DNA of 64,000 nt from a virus, in IMG/VR virus record IMGVR_UViG_3300035663_000004, positions 23,524-87,523 of that record. One strand, 5' to 3'. The position numbers were made by a program, and so were the translations under genes. The notes beneath the pieces are model-generated. The model had not been told where the DNA came from, did not search any database, and saw only the letters and a program-made list of their open reading frames with translations. Of the stretch, positions 56,632 to 64,000 are shown one piece after another. The stretch's first letter is position 1. Each line of letters opens with the position of its first letter.

Positions 56632-58149
56632 ATGAATATAGTTGACCGTGTAGTTTCCTTTTTCAGCCCTGAAGCAGGCGCAAGACGCGCCCGCGCGCGG
56701 GCAGTTGAGGCTATACTGACGGAGCGAAAATACGACGGCGCTGGCAAGGGACGCCGCAATCCGAGACAGAACCCGTCCACGTCCGCGAACACCGAAATAT
56801 CGGCGGCGGCGCGTGACCTGCGGAATAATCACCGCGACATGGTTCGTAACAATCCGTACGCGAAAAAGGCTGTATCGGTAATTTCCGCCAACGTGGTGGG
56901 TACGGGTATTAAGCCGTCTATACAGGCGTCCGGCAGCCGAGCCCTGCGCAACGCAAAACTGGCATGGCGCGCCTGGGCGGATACGACCGCCTGCGATTAT
57001 GAAGGCCGCAAGACGTTCGCGGGCATACAGCGCCTGGTAATGCAGTCCGTAGCAGAATCCGGCGAGGTGCTCATCCGTGCGCGCCGTTCTTCCGCAGCGC
57101 GTCCCGTGCCGCTTCGCCTTCAGGTTCTGGAGGCAGATTTTCTCGACACGGCGAAAGACGGAATCAGCACGCCGGACGGCGGGTATATTATGCAGGGCAT
57201 CGAGTTCGATGCGAACGGCGAGCGCGCTGCTTATTGGCTATTCGATTATCATCCCGGCGAGAATCGGCTGTACCGCTCTATGACTTCCGCGCGCATTCCG
57301 GCTAACGAAATCGCGCATATTTTCTATGAGGAGCGACCAGGCCAAATCCGGGGCGTGCCGTTCGGCGTTTCTGGCATGACCCGGCTGCGAGACTTCGATG
57401 AGTACGAGGACGCGCAGCTGATACGTCAGAAAATTGCGGCGTGTTTCGCTGCTTTTGTCACTGATTCAAAAGACCCGCTTCCGGGTGAGGCGAACGGAAA
57501 TTCATACCCGATTGAACGTGTGGAGCCGGGTATGATTGAATATCTTCCGCCGGGAAAACAGGTTACGTTCGGAAATCCGCCGCCCGCCGACGGGTACAAC
57601 GACTATTCGCGCCGGGTATTGCAGGGCATCGCTGCCGGGTACGGCGTGACTTACGAAGCGCTGACGGGCGACCTGTCCAACGTGAATTTTTCTTCCGGCC
57701 GCATGGGCTGGATTGAAATGGGGCGAATTATTGCCGACTGGCAGGAACTGATGCTGGTGCCGCAACTATGCGACCGGGTGTTTTCATGGTGGGCCGAAGC
57801 CGGATCAATCGCCGGGGTACTTGCTCCTAACCTGACGGTATCCTGGACGCCGCCCGCGCGAATGATGATTGATCCAGTTAAGGAAACGAAGGGACTATCC
57901 GAGCAGGTGCGCAACGGGTTCGTGTCCTGGCAGGAGGCGGTTCGGCAGATGGGGTACGACCCGGATATGACGGCCGACGAGCTGAAACAGGATTACGATC
58001 GCTTCGACGCTGCCGGGTTCCTGCTTACCTGCGACCCGCGCTACGACCCTAACCGCGGCGGCAATATGCCTGACCAAGAGCCGGACGACGACGACACGCC
58101 GGACGACCCGGACGACAACGGCGACAACGGCCCGAACGGCCAAACTTAA
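56632..58149 (+). CDS. portal protein (lambda family)
   Basis: RD.VRNN.YA; LQ.LEAD.L; RPGQ.RGVP; LTGD.S.VNFSS.R; IDP.KE. Confidence 0.96.
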   Translation: MNIVDRVVSFFSPEAGARRARARAVEAILTERKYDGAGKGRRNPRQNPSTSANTEISAAARDLRNNHRDMVRNNPYAKKAVSVISANVVGTGIKPSIQASGSRALRNAKLAWRAWADTTACDYEGRKTFAGIQRLVMQSVAESGEVLIRARRSSAARPVPLRLQVLEADFLDTAKDGISTPDGGYIMQGIEFDANGERAAYWLFDYHPGENRLYRSMTSARIPANEIAHIFYEERPGQIRGVPFGVSGMTRLRDFDEYEDAQLIRQKIAACFAAFVTDSKDPLPGEANGNSYPIERVEPGMIEYLPPGKQVTFGNPPPADGYNDYSRRVLQGIAAGYGVTYEALTGDLSNVNFSSGRMGWIEMGRIIADWQELMLVPQLCDRVFSWWAEAGSIAGVLAPNLTVSWTPPARMMIDPVKETKGLSEQVRNGFVSWQEAVRQMGYDPDMTADELKQDYDRFDAAGFLLTCDPRYDPNRGGNMPDQEPDDDDTPDDPDDNGDNGPNGQT

Positions 58150-58197
58150 AAAAATTGCAAATCCAAAAAAATCGCTGTAATATTGCGGCGTTAAACT

Positions 58198-60159
58198 ATG
58201 GAAAAAAACACGATCAAAGACAACCTTAGCGTTCGCGCAATGTTTGCGCCGGACACGCTGAACGAATCCGACCGTACCGTTGAGGTAGTGTTTGGTTCGG
58301 ACGCGCCGGTGCGGATTAATACATGGGACGGGCCTATGCTTGAATCCCTATCCTTTGAGCGCAGCGCGGTGAACCTGGAGCGCCTGAACAACGGCGCGCC
58401 GCTGCTGGACAATCACGACCGGTTCAGCAGCGTTACCAACGTGCTGGGCGTGGTTGAGCGCGCATGGACGGACGGCGCAAAGGGCTACGCAAAAGTCCGC
58501 TTTTCAAAGTCAGAAAAAGGCACGCGGGCAATGGAGGAGGTAAAAGACGGTATTCTGCGCAATATCAGCGTGGGGTACCGCGTGAACAAATACGAGCGCA
58601 CGCTCCCTGCAAATCCCGGCGAACTCGGAACTGTCCGCGCCGTTGACTGGGAGCCGTTTGAGATAAGCCTTGTACAAGTCCCTGCCGACCGCAACGCGAT
58701 GGTGCGTTCGGAGGCAGACCAAACCGAAACAATTACAATCACTAACGACAAACCTAACATGGACGTCAACACCCACACGCCGGACAACCCGGCAACCCCG
58801 ACGCCGGTGGATACCGAAAAGGTACGAAGCGAAGCCATTACGGCTGAGCGCCAACGCGTGACGGGCATTCAAGACGCCGTTCGCGCGGCCAAACTGCCGG
58901 GCGAGTTCGCGCAAACGCTGATCGCTAACGGCACGGATATTGACCGCGCCCGCGCGCTGATTATTGACGAATGGGCGAAGCAGGCCGCGCAGATTGAAAC
59001 GCGCAGCCAAAACCCGAACGCATCCGCAACCGTCGGAAAAGACAATGAGGCTGAAGGCCGCGCCGAGGCTATTGCTGACGCGCTGTTCCTGCGCGCAGAG
59101 CCGACGCTGGCTGAAAAGGAACTGAAAAACACGCCTGACCGCCGCCGTGCCGCTGAGCAATATCGCGGTGTCACGCTGGTTGACCTTGCTCGCGAATCCG
59201 TCGAGCGCACAGGAACTTCCACCCGCGGCATGGACAAGATGGAGATCGTGAAGCGCTCTATCACCTCCAGCACATCGGACTTTCCCGTGCTGCTGGAAGG
59301 CACCAACCGCCGCGTCCTGCTGGCCGCCTACGCAAACATGGCTGACACTTGGCGGCGTTTCTGCTCCGTCGGTTCCGTTGGCGACTTCCGCGAATACAAG
59401 CGCCTGCGCATGGGTTCATTTTCCAATCTGGAAACCCTCAACGAGAACGGAACGTACAAGACGAAGGCGATTCCTGACGGCGAGTTCGAGCGCATCGTGG
59501 CTGGCACGAAGGGCAACACGATCAATGTAACGCGAAAAATGATCGTGAACGACGACCTTTCCGCATTCACCCGCCTTGCTGCCATGCTGGGACGCGCTGC
59601 CGCCCGCACGATTGAAAGCGACGTTTTCGCCCTGTTCGGACTGAACAGCGGTAACGGTCCGACCATGGCTGACGGTCAGCCGCTGTTCCATGCAACGCAC
59701 TCGAATATCGCTGCCACGAACGCGAAGCCGACCGTGGACGCATTCGACGCCGCCCGCGTGCAACTCGCAACGCAAAAAGACCCGGCCGGTAACGACTTTC
59801 TCGATCTCCGCCCGGCGCTGTGGCTTGGCCCCGTGTCGCTTGGCGGGCAGGCGCGCGTCACAAACGAAAACCAATATAACCCCGACGTGACCAACAAGTT
59901 CCAAGTAGCCAACAACGTGCGCGGCCTGGTGTCGGACGTTGTGGATACCCCGCGCCTTTCCGGCACTGCTTGGTATCTGCTGGCCGACCCGATGGAAGAG
60001 CCGGTGTTCGAGGTTGTGTTTCTGGACGGCGTGCAGACCCCGTACTTGGAGCAGGACGAGCCGTTCGACGTGGACGGCATCCGCTGGAAAATCCGCCTGG
60101 ACTACGGTGTCGGCGCAATTGGCTGGCGCGGCGTTGTGAAGAACAACGGCACGGCATAG
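58198..60159 (+). CDS. prohead protease-major capsid fusion protein
   Basis: PLLDNH; ISVGY; WEPFEISLV.VPAD; TSDFP.LL; VNDDL; RLDYG. Confidence 0.93.
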   Translation: MEKNTIKDNLSVRAMFAPDTLNESDRTVEVVFGSDAPVRINTWDGPMLESLSFERSAVNLERLNNGAPLLDNHDRFSSVTNVLGVVERAWTDGAKGYAKVRFSKSEKGTRAMEEVKDGILRNISVGYRVNKYERTLPANPGELGTVRAVDWEPFEISLVQVPADRNAMVRSEADQTETITITNDKPNMDVNTHTPDNPATPTPVDTEKVRSEAITAERQRVTGIQDAVRAAKLPGEFAQTLIANGTDIDRARALIIDEWAKQAAQIETRSQNPNASATVGKDNEAEGRAEAIADALFLRAEPTLAEKELKNTPDRRRAAEQYRGVTLVDLARESVERTGTSTRGMDKMEIVKRSITSSTSDFPVLLEGTNRRVLLAAYANMADTWRRFCSVGSVGDFREYKRLRMGSFSNLETLNENGTYKTKAIPDGEFERIVAGTKGNTINVTRKMIVNDDLSAFTRLAAMLGRAAARTIESDVFALFGLNSGNGPTMADGQPLFHATHSNIAATNAKPTVDAFDAARVQLATQKDPAGNDFLDLRPALWLGPVSLGGQARVTNENQYNPDVTNKFQVANNVRGLVSDVVDTPRLSGTAWYLLADPMEEPVFEVVFLDGVQTPYLEQDEPFDVDGIRWKIRLDYGVGAIGWRGVVKNNGTA

Positions 60160-60235
60160 GCCTGACGAAAAATGACAACTGGGGGAGGCGCAATGCCTCC
60201 CCCTAACTTCGCATCAAAAAAAATAAAATCATACA

Positions 60236-60607
60236 ATGGCACAAAACCATATTACCGACGGCAGCCGGATTGAGGTGACCCTCGGAAACGAAACAACCCT
60301 TGGAGCTGGCAAGGGCCGCTTGGTCGGTTCAATGTTCGGCGTTATTCTGAGCCTGACCCGCAACGGGCAGACCGTGTTCGCCAACCAGGCATCCGCATCC
60401 GGCGACGTGGCAGTGATTGCTCTCTCCGGCGTTTTCACGCTGCCGAAAACAAACCCGCTCGTTATCAACCTGGGCGCAAAACTGTATTGGGACGACACCA
60501 ACAAAGTCGTGACCACGACGGTAGGTTCCAACGTTTTCGTGGGCTACGCCTGGACGGCTGCCGCTTCGACGGACGCGACGGTGCAGGTAAAGCTGCAAAC
60601 GGCCTAA
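60236..60607 (+). CDS. capsid cement/decoration protein (DUF2190)
   Basis: GVF.LPK; GAKLYWD; VG.A..AA....V.VKL. Confidence 0.85.
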   Translation: MAQNHITDGSRIEVTLGNETTLGAGKGRLVGSMFGVILSLTRNGQTVFANQASASGDVAVIALSGVFTLPKTNPLVINLGAKLYWDDTNKVVTTTVGSNVFVGYAWTAAASTDATVQVKLQTA

Positions 60608-60610
60608 TCC

Positions 60611-60964
60611 ATGCCGTCCAACTTCGATACCATGCAGGCAGGCGTATTCGAGCAGGCGAAAAACCTGTTCGGATACGCCGCTGCGTGGACGTCGGTGGAT
60701 GGCACGGCCAACTGGACGGGAAAGGTATTGTTCAATAATCCGACGGCGAATTATTCACCAGGTGGAACTTTTCAGTACGATCCCTACCGGTACGAAATGG
60801 AGTACAAGGACGGCGACTTTCCGGGATTGATCGAACGCGTGGAGGCGCGCATGGCACCGGAAACCGTCACGATTGACGGAAAAGAATATCACGTCCGGGC
60901 GGTAAGCGCGGACTTCGACGGCAAGACGTACCGGGCTACATTGCAGCCGGTGGAGGATATATAG
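60611..60964 (+). CDS. head-tail joining protein (gpFII-like)
   Basis: Position; VTIDG..Y.V....DG. Confidence 0.65.
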   Translation: MPSNFDTMQAGVFEQAKNLFGYAAAWTSVDGTANWTGKVLFNNPTANYSPGGTFQYDPYRYEMEYKDGDFPGLIERVEARMAPETVTIDGKEYHVRAVSADFDGKTYRATLQPVEDI

Positions 60965-61001
60965 GCGGGCTATCAAATAGCCGCCACATAAACACAACGC
61001 A

Positions 61002-61859
61002 ATGAACTACGCGAAACTTGAAGATGCAATAGTTGCCCGCTTGGAGCCGCTGAAGGCGCTGGGGTTCGAGGTGGTCGCGCTGCCTGACCGGGACGGTGAC
61101 TATGACCGGCCGTTCAAGTTCGGGCGGGTGACTGTGGCTTACAAGTCGAGCCTGTTCAATGAAGACGGCTTCAACGGCAAGCCGATGATATTTTCCACGA
61201 ACGAGATCGTGCAGCGTGAAACCGCTGAACTGGAAGTCGTAATACAGGCCCGCACGTTGCGAGGCGATAAGGGCGTGCATTGGTTGAGCCGTGCCGTCAC
61301 GAAGCAGATTATAGGCTGGGAGCCTGACAGCTGGGGCCGCTTGTATGGCCGCGAATACCGGTACGTCGAACATGCCGACGGGATATGGACGTACGCACTT
61401 ACACTATTCACCGCCGGACTGATGGTTCAGCACAACGACGCTGAAAACCTGCCGGTATTATCGCAGATCACCGTACTGATGGGAGCCGATCCGGCCAACG
61501 TGATAACCGTTGCGAGTGAACTGGCAGCGGGTGAAACCGACCCGGACGGCGGCGTGTATGTATTCCAGACTGGCACGAATTACAGTCTGAAGTACGAATT
61601 TTTCACTCCGACGGGAATGCCGGTTAACCTTACCGGATATACTTTTCGCTGGGGGTTGAAGCAATTCGTCACCGACCCTGATCCGCTAATCTTGAAAACC
61701 CCGACGGCGACGGATAACATCGTGTACGCTACCGTCGGAGCGCTCGAAAATACAATGATTCCGGGGACGTACAAGGCTATTCTGGAAGTCGTGAACCCGT
61801 CGCTGATCGTGGAGCAGGAGATCGTGAACACAATCGTAATAGAGCCGCAATATATCTAA
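61002..61859 (+). CDS. Mu Gp37-like tail terminator with extra C-terminal beta domain
   Basis: I..RL...V..LP...G.V.V.Y..S; C-terminal P.NLTGYT. Confidence 0.65.
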   Translation: MNYAKLEDAIVARLEPLKALGFEVVALPDRDGDYDRPFKFGRVTVAYKSSLFNEDGFNGKPMIFSTNEIVQRETAELEVVIQARTLRGDKGVHWLSRAVTKQIIGWEPDSWGRLYGREYRYVEHADGIWTYALTLFTAGLMVQHNDAENLPVLSQITVLMGADPANVITVASELAAGETDPDGGVYVFQTGTNYSLKYEFFTPTGMPVNLTGYTFRWGLKQFVTDPDPLILKTPTATDNIVYATVGALENTMIPGTYKAILEVVNPSLIVEQEIVNTIVIEPQYI

Positions 61860-61860
61860 T

Positions 61861-62403
61861 ATGTCCACTGAAAAGAAAGTCCGCGTAATTGTTACACCCG
61901 CACTGCCTGGTGCGCCTGGCGCGTCCGGTCGGGAGGTGGAACTACGCACGACTTCGACGCATATCCAATGGCGGTACGTCGGTTCGCTAACGTGGACGGA
62001 CTTAATACTATTAACTGAATTGCAGGGGCCGCAAGGTGAGCCGGGGCCGCCGGGCGGTGCTGTGGTGTTCTATCCGGCTGCGCAAAACCTTAGCGCCGGA
62101 CGGCTGGTTATCCTGGATTCCGGCGCGGTGCGATATTTCCAACCCGGCACGCCGTCGCACGCAGGCCGCGCGCTGGGCGTGACAAAGACCTCCGCAGCAA
62201 CCGGGCAATCCGTGCAGGTGCAGGTCGCGGGCGTGCTGTCCGACGCCGCATTCGCATTCACGCCTGACGCGCCGGTGTACAGCCGTACGGACGGCGAACT
62301 ATTTTCGACGCCGGGCGCATCCGGTTCGGTTCAATACGTCGGTACGGCGCTGAGCGCCAATTCAATCAATATTAATATAGATTCATCACTAATTCGATTA
62401 TAA
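61861..62403 (+). CDS. head decoration/fibre-base protein
   Basis: GREVEL....HIQWRY; GPQGEPGPPG collagen stub; cement-like C-domain. Confidence 0.65.
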   Translation: MSTEKKVRVIVTPALPGAPGASGREVELRTTSTHIQWRYVGSLTWTDLILLTELQGPQGEPGPPGGAVVFYPAAQNLSAGRLVILDSGAVRYFQPGTPSHAGRALGVTKTSAATGQSVQVQVAGVLSDAAFAFTPDAPVYSRTDGELFSTPGASGSVQYVGTALSANSININIDSSLIRL

Positions 62404-62406
62404 CAA

Positions 62407-62910
62407 ATGGCAAAATTTCTTAAAATCGGTACAACCGGCCTAGCAACTGAAGAGGCCGCAATTAACGTAAGCGCCGGCGCTGGCGATGCAAACAAGATTA
62501 TTGAAACCAACGGTTCGGGTAAACTGGACGCTACCTTCCTGCCAGCCGGTGTTGGCAATGATTCAAAATCCATGACCACGGGCGAAGCGCTGAGCGCCGG
62601 AAATCTGGTGTATATCAGCGGTACGGGCACGGTGCTGAAGGCAGACGCTAACGCCGTCGCAAAAGCCGCCGTAGGGTACGTCACCGCGTCCGCCGCAAGC
62701 GGTGCATCGGTGAGTGTATTTTTCGAGGGCACGATCACGGGGCTTACCAGTTTGACGCCGGGCGCGACGTACTTCCTGTCTGACACGGCAACTGGCGCTG
62801 TCTCGCTCACAATCCCGACCGCTGCCGGGGATATTGTCCAGGTGGTGGGCTACGCCGTATCTGCAACCGAACTCACATTCGAGCCGCAAGCGCCAATTGT
62901 GCGCGCGTAA
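62407..62910 (+). CDS. cement-like decoration protein
   Basis: EALSAG.LV; KADA....A.GYV; LTPGATYFLS; Q.VG.A.SAT. Confidence 0.7.
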   Translation: MAKFLKIGTTGLATEEAAINVSAGAGDANKIIETNGSGKLDATFLPAGVGNDSKSMTTGEALSAGNLVYISGTGTVLKADANAVAKAAVGYVTASAASGASVSVFFEGTITGLTSLTPGATYFLSDTATGAVSLTIPTAAGDIVQVVGYAVSATELTFEPQAPIVRA

Positions 62911-62923
62911 AAAAAAATAAAAA

Positions 62924-63139
62924 ATGCCTAACGTTAAACCGCTAAAGGTAGGCAGTACGGGTTATGTAACGGAGTTTCAAACGAACGACACAATAGACCC
63001 CGCACTGGTGCTAAAGGCGCTGCCGTCATACGTTGACGATGCGGCTGCAATAACAGGCGGGTTGTCCGTTGGCGACTTCTATGTAGTTGCGGCGGGCAAC
63101 GACGCAATACCGGCCGGAATTGTAAAAAAAATACTATGA
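62924..63139 (+). CDS. small protein with one LPxY..D..A...GL..G..Y module
   Basis: LPSYVDDAAAITGGLSVGDFY...PAGIVKKI, homologous to the repeats of 14599..15846. Confidence 0.75.
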   Translation: MPNVKPLKVGSTGYVTEFQTNDTIDPALVLKALPSYVDDAAAITGGLSVGDFYVVAAGNDAIPAGIVKKIL

Positions 63140-64000
63140 TAAACAAATATTTATTTTCTTTATTTATTTTCATTTTTCCGGCTGCCGCATTTTCGCAGAT
63201 CGTGAAGACGGCCGCTATACCTTACACAACCGGGACGCCAACGCACACGCCGTCGGCGTCCGGTTCTGCCTGGGCGATTGATAATTCAACCCTTGACTTG
63301 TGGGTGTATTATGGCAGCGCGTGGAACCTTGCCGGGGAGCGCATACAAACCATATCCGGGTGCGCCGCACCTGCCTACACGCCGGGCACGGGGCAATCGC
63401 TGTTTGTTGTGAACGGCTGTGATTCGCTGTATTATTACCGTTCGGGCGCGTGGGTGCGGATTAACGCTGGCGGCGGTGGCGGTGGCGGCGGCGTGACCGA
63501 CGGCGACAAGGGCGACATAACGGTATCCGCTTCCGGCGCTACGTGGACGATCGATAACACCGTTGTGAATTACGCAAAAATCCAAAACGTATCCAACACA
63601 AACCGCATTTTAGGCCGGGCAACGGCCGGGGCTGGATCGGTAGAAGAGATAACAGTAGGTGGCGATTTGACCCAAAGCGGGTCAAATTTTACGGTTGCTA
63701 ACGACGCCATAACTTTCGCGAAAATGCAGAACAGTGCAGCCGCCGGGCTTTCGGTAGTTGGGCGAAGCGCAAACAGCGCCGGGGATTTCGCCGAAATAAA
63801 CGCGGGTACAGACGGCTTTGTGTTGCGCAGGTCGGGTACTACTTTGGGCTTTGGGACGGTGGCGACGGCGGGTATTGCGGACGCGGCGGTGACTTACGCA
63901 AAAATCCAAAACGTAGCAGGTAACAGCGTGTTGGCTCGTACTGCCAGCGGATCGGGCACCCTTAGCGAGGTGGCGCTTTCGGCTTCTAATTTGTTAGGTC
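63136..64000 (+). CDS. phage B signal-peptide fibre/adhesin-like protein, 5' part (runs off the window; not in ORF track)
   Basis: MINKYLFSLFIFIFPAAAFS|QIVK...GCAAPAYTPGTGQSLFVVNGCDSLYYY...G8-VTDGDKGDITVS; ATGA overlap with 62924..63139. Confidence 0.9.
   Translation, partial: MINKYLFSLFIFIFPAAAFSQIVKTAAIPYTTGTPTHTPSASGSAWAIDNSTLDLWVYYGSAWNLAGERIQTISGCAAPAYTPGTGQSLFVVNGCDSLYYYRSGAWVRINAGGGGGGGGVTDGDKGDITVSASGATWTIDNTVVNYAKIQNVSNTNRILGRATAGAGSVEEITVGGDLTQSGSNFTVANDAITFAKMQNSAAAGLSVVGRSANSAGDFAEINAGTDGFVLRRSGTTLGFGTVATAGIADAAVTYAKIQNVAGNSVLARTASGSGTLSEVALSASNLLG
63484..64000 (+). repeat. direct repeat, right copy (truncated by window end)
   Basis: Matches 21021-21537 at offset 42,463. Confidence 0.97.

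Larger units (their letters stand above)
21411..63873. mobile_element. Phage B, apparently complete 42,463-bp contractile-tailed phage genome unit (exact junction unknown)
   Basis: Full tail, baseplate, head, packaging, replication and lysis sets; the end of the unit reads back into its own start at an offset of 42,463 bp. Confidence 0.85.

Noticed and set aside
21411-63873. Conventional prophage in a bacterial chromosome
   Set aside because: No integrase or short att core found; the flank is itself phage-like and its groL is too divergent to be the host gene.
21021-64000. Diversity-generating retroelement TR/VR pair
   Set aside because: No reverse transcriptase; mismatches are mostly synonymous third positions, not adenine-specific.
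63484-64000. Simple circular-overlap artefact of a single genome
   Set aside because: The copies differ at 11 sites and have different upstream contexts, so two distinct genomes are involved.
1-64000. Stop-codon reassignment
   Set aside because: Recognisable genes are full length under the standard bacterial code and coding density is high.

Overview
The whole window is Bacteroidota phage DNA. The host call rests on many TAnnTTTG '-7' promoter elements, no Shine-Dalgarno motifs and Gln+1 signal peptides; a Saprospiraceae-like GH73 motif tentatively hints at that family. Two different genomes are joined. Phage A (1 to ~21.4 kb, partial, more AT-rich) has lysis enzymes, a minus-strand early operon with a type II hammerhead ribozyme and three copies of an intergenic hairpin, a divergent GroEL with two GroES-like genes, and an operon of signal-peptide-bearing fibre/adhesin-like proteins. 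Phage B (~21.4 to 64 kb, more GC-rich) looks like a complete circular 42,463-bp myovirus genome: P2-like contractile tail, lambda-like terminase/portal, protease-capsid fusion, RecE/RecT-like pair, primase-helicase, iteron-like origin, and no integrase. Phage B is bracketed by a 517-bp, ~98% identical direct repeat (21021-21537 and 63484-64000) lying inside homologous signal-peptide fibre genes. The window is therefore either a phage-in-phage co-integrate or an assembly chimera made through a recently exchanged fibre module. Strongest observations: the nesting, the Sec-exported fibre module shared by both phages, and the hammerhead ribozyme. All family assignments are motif recognition by eye; no searches were run.
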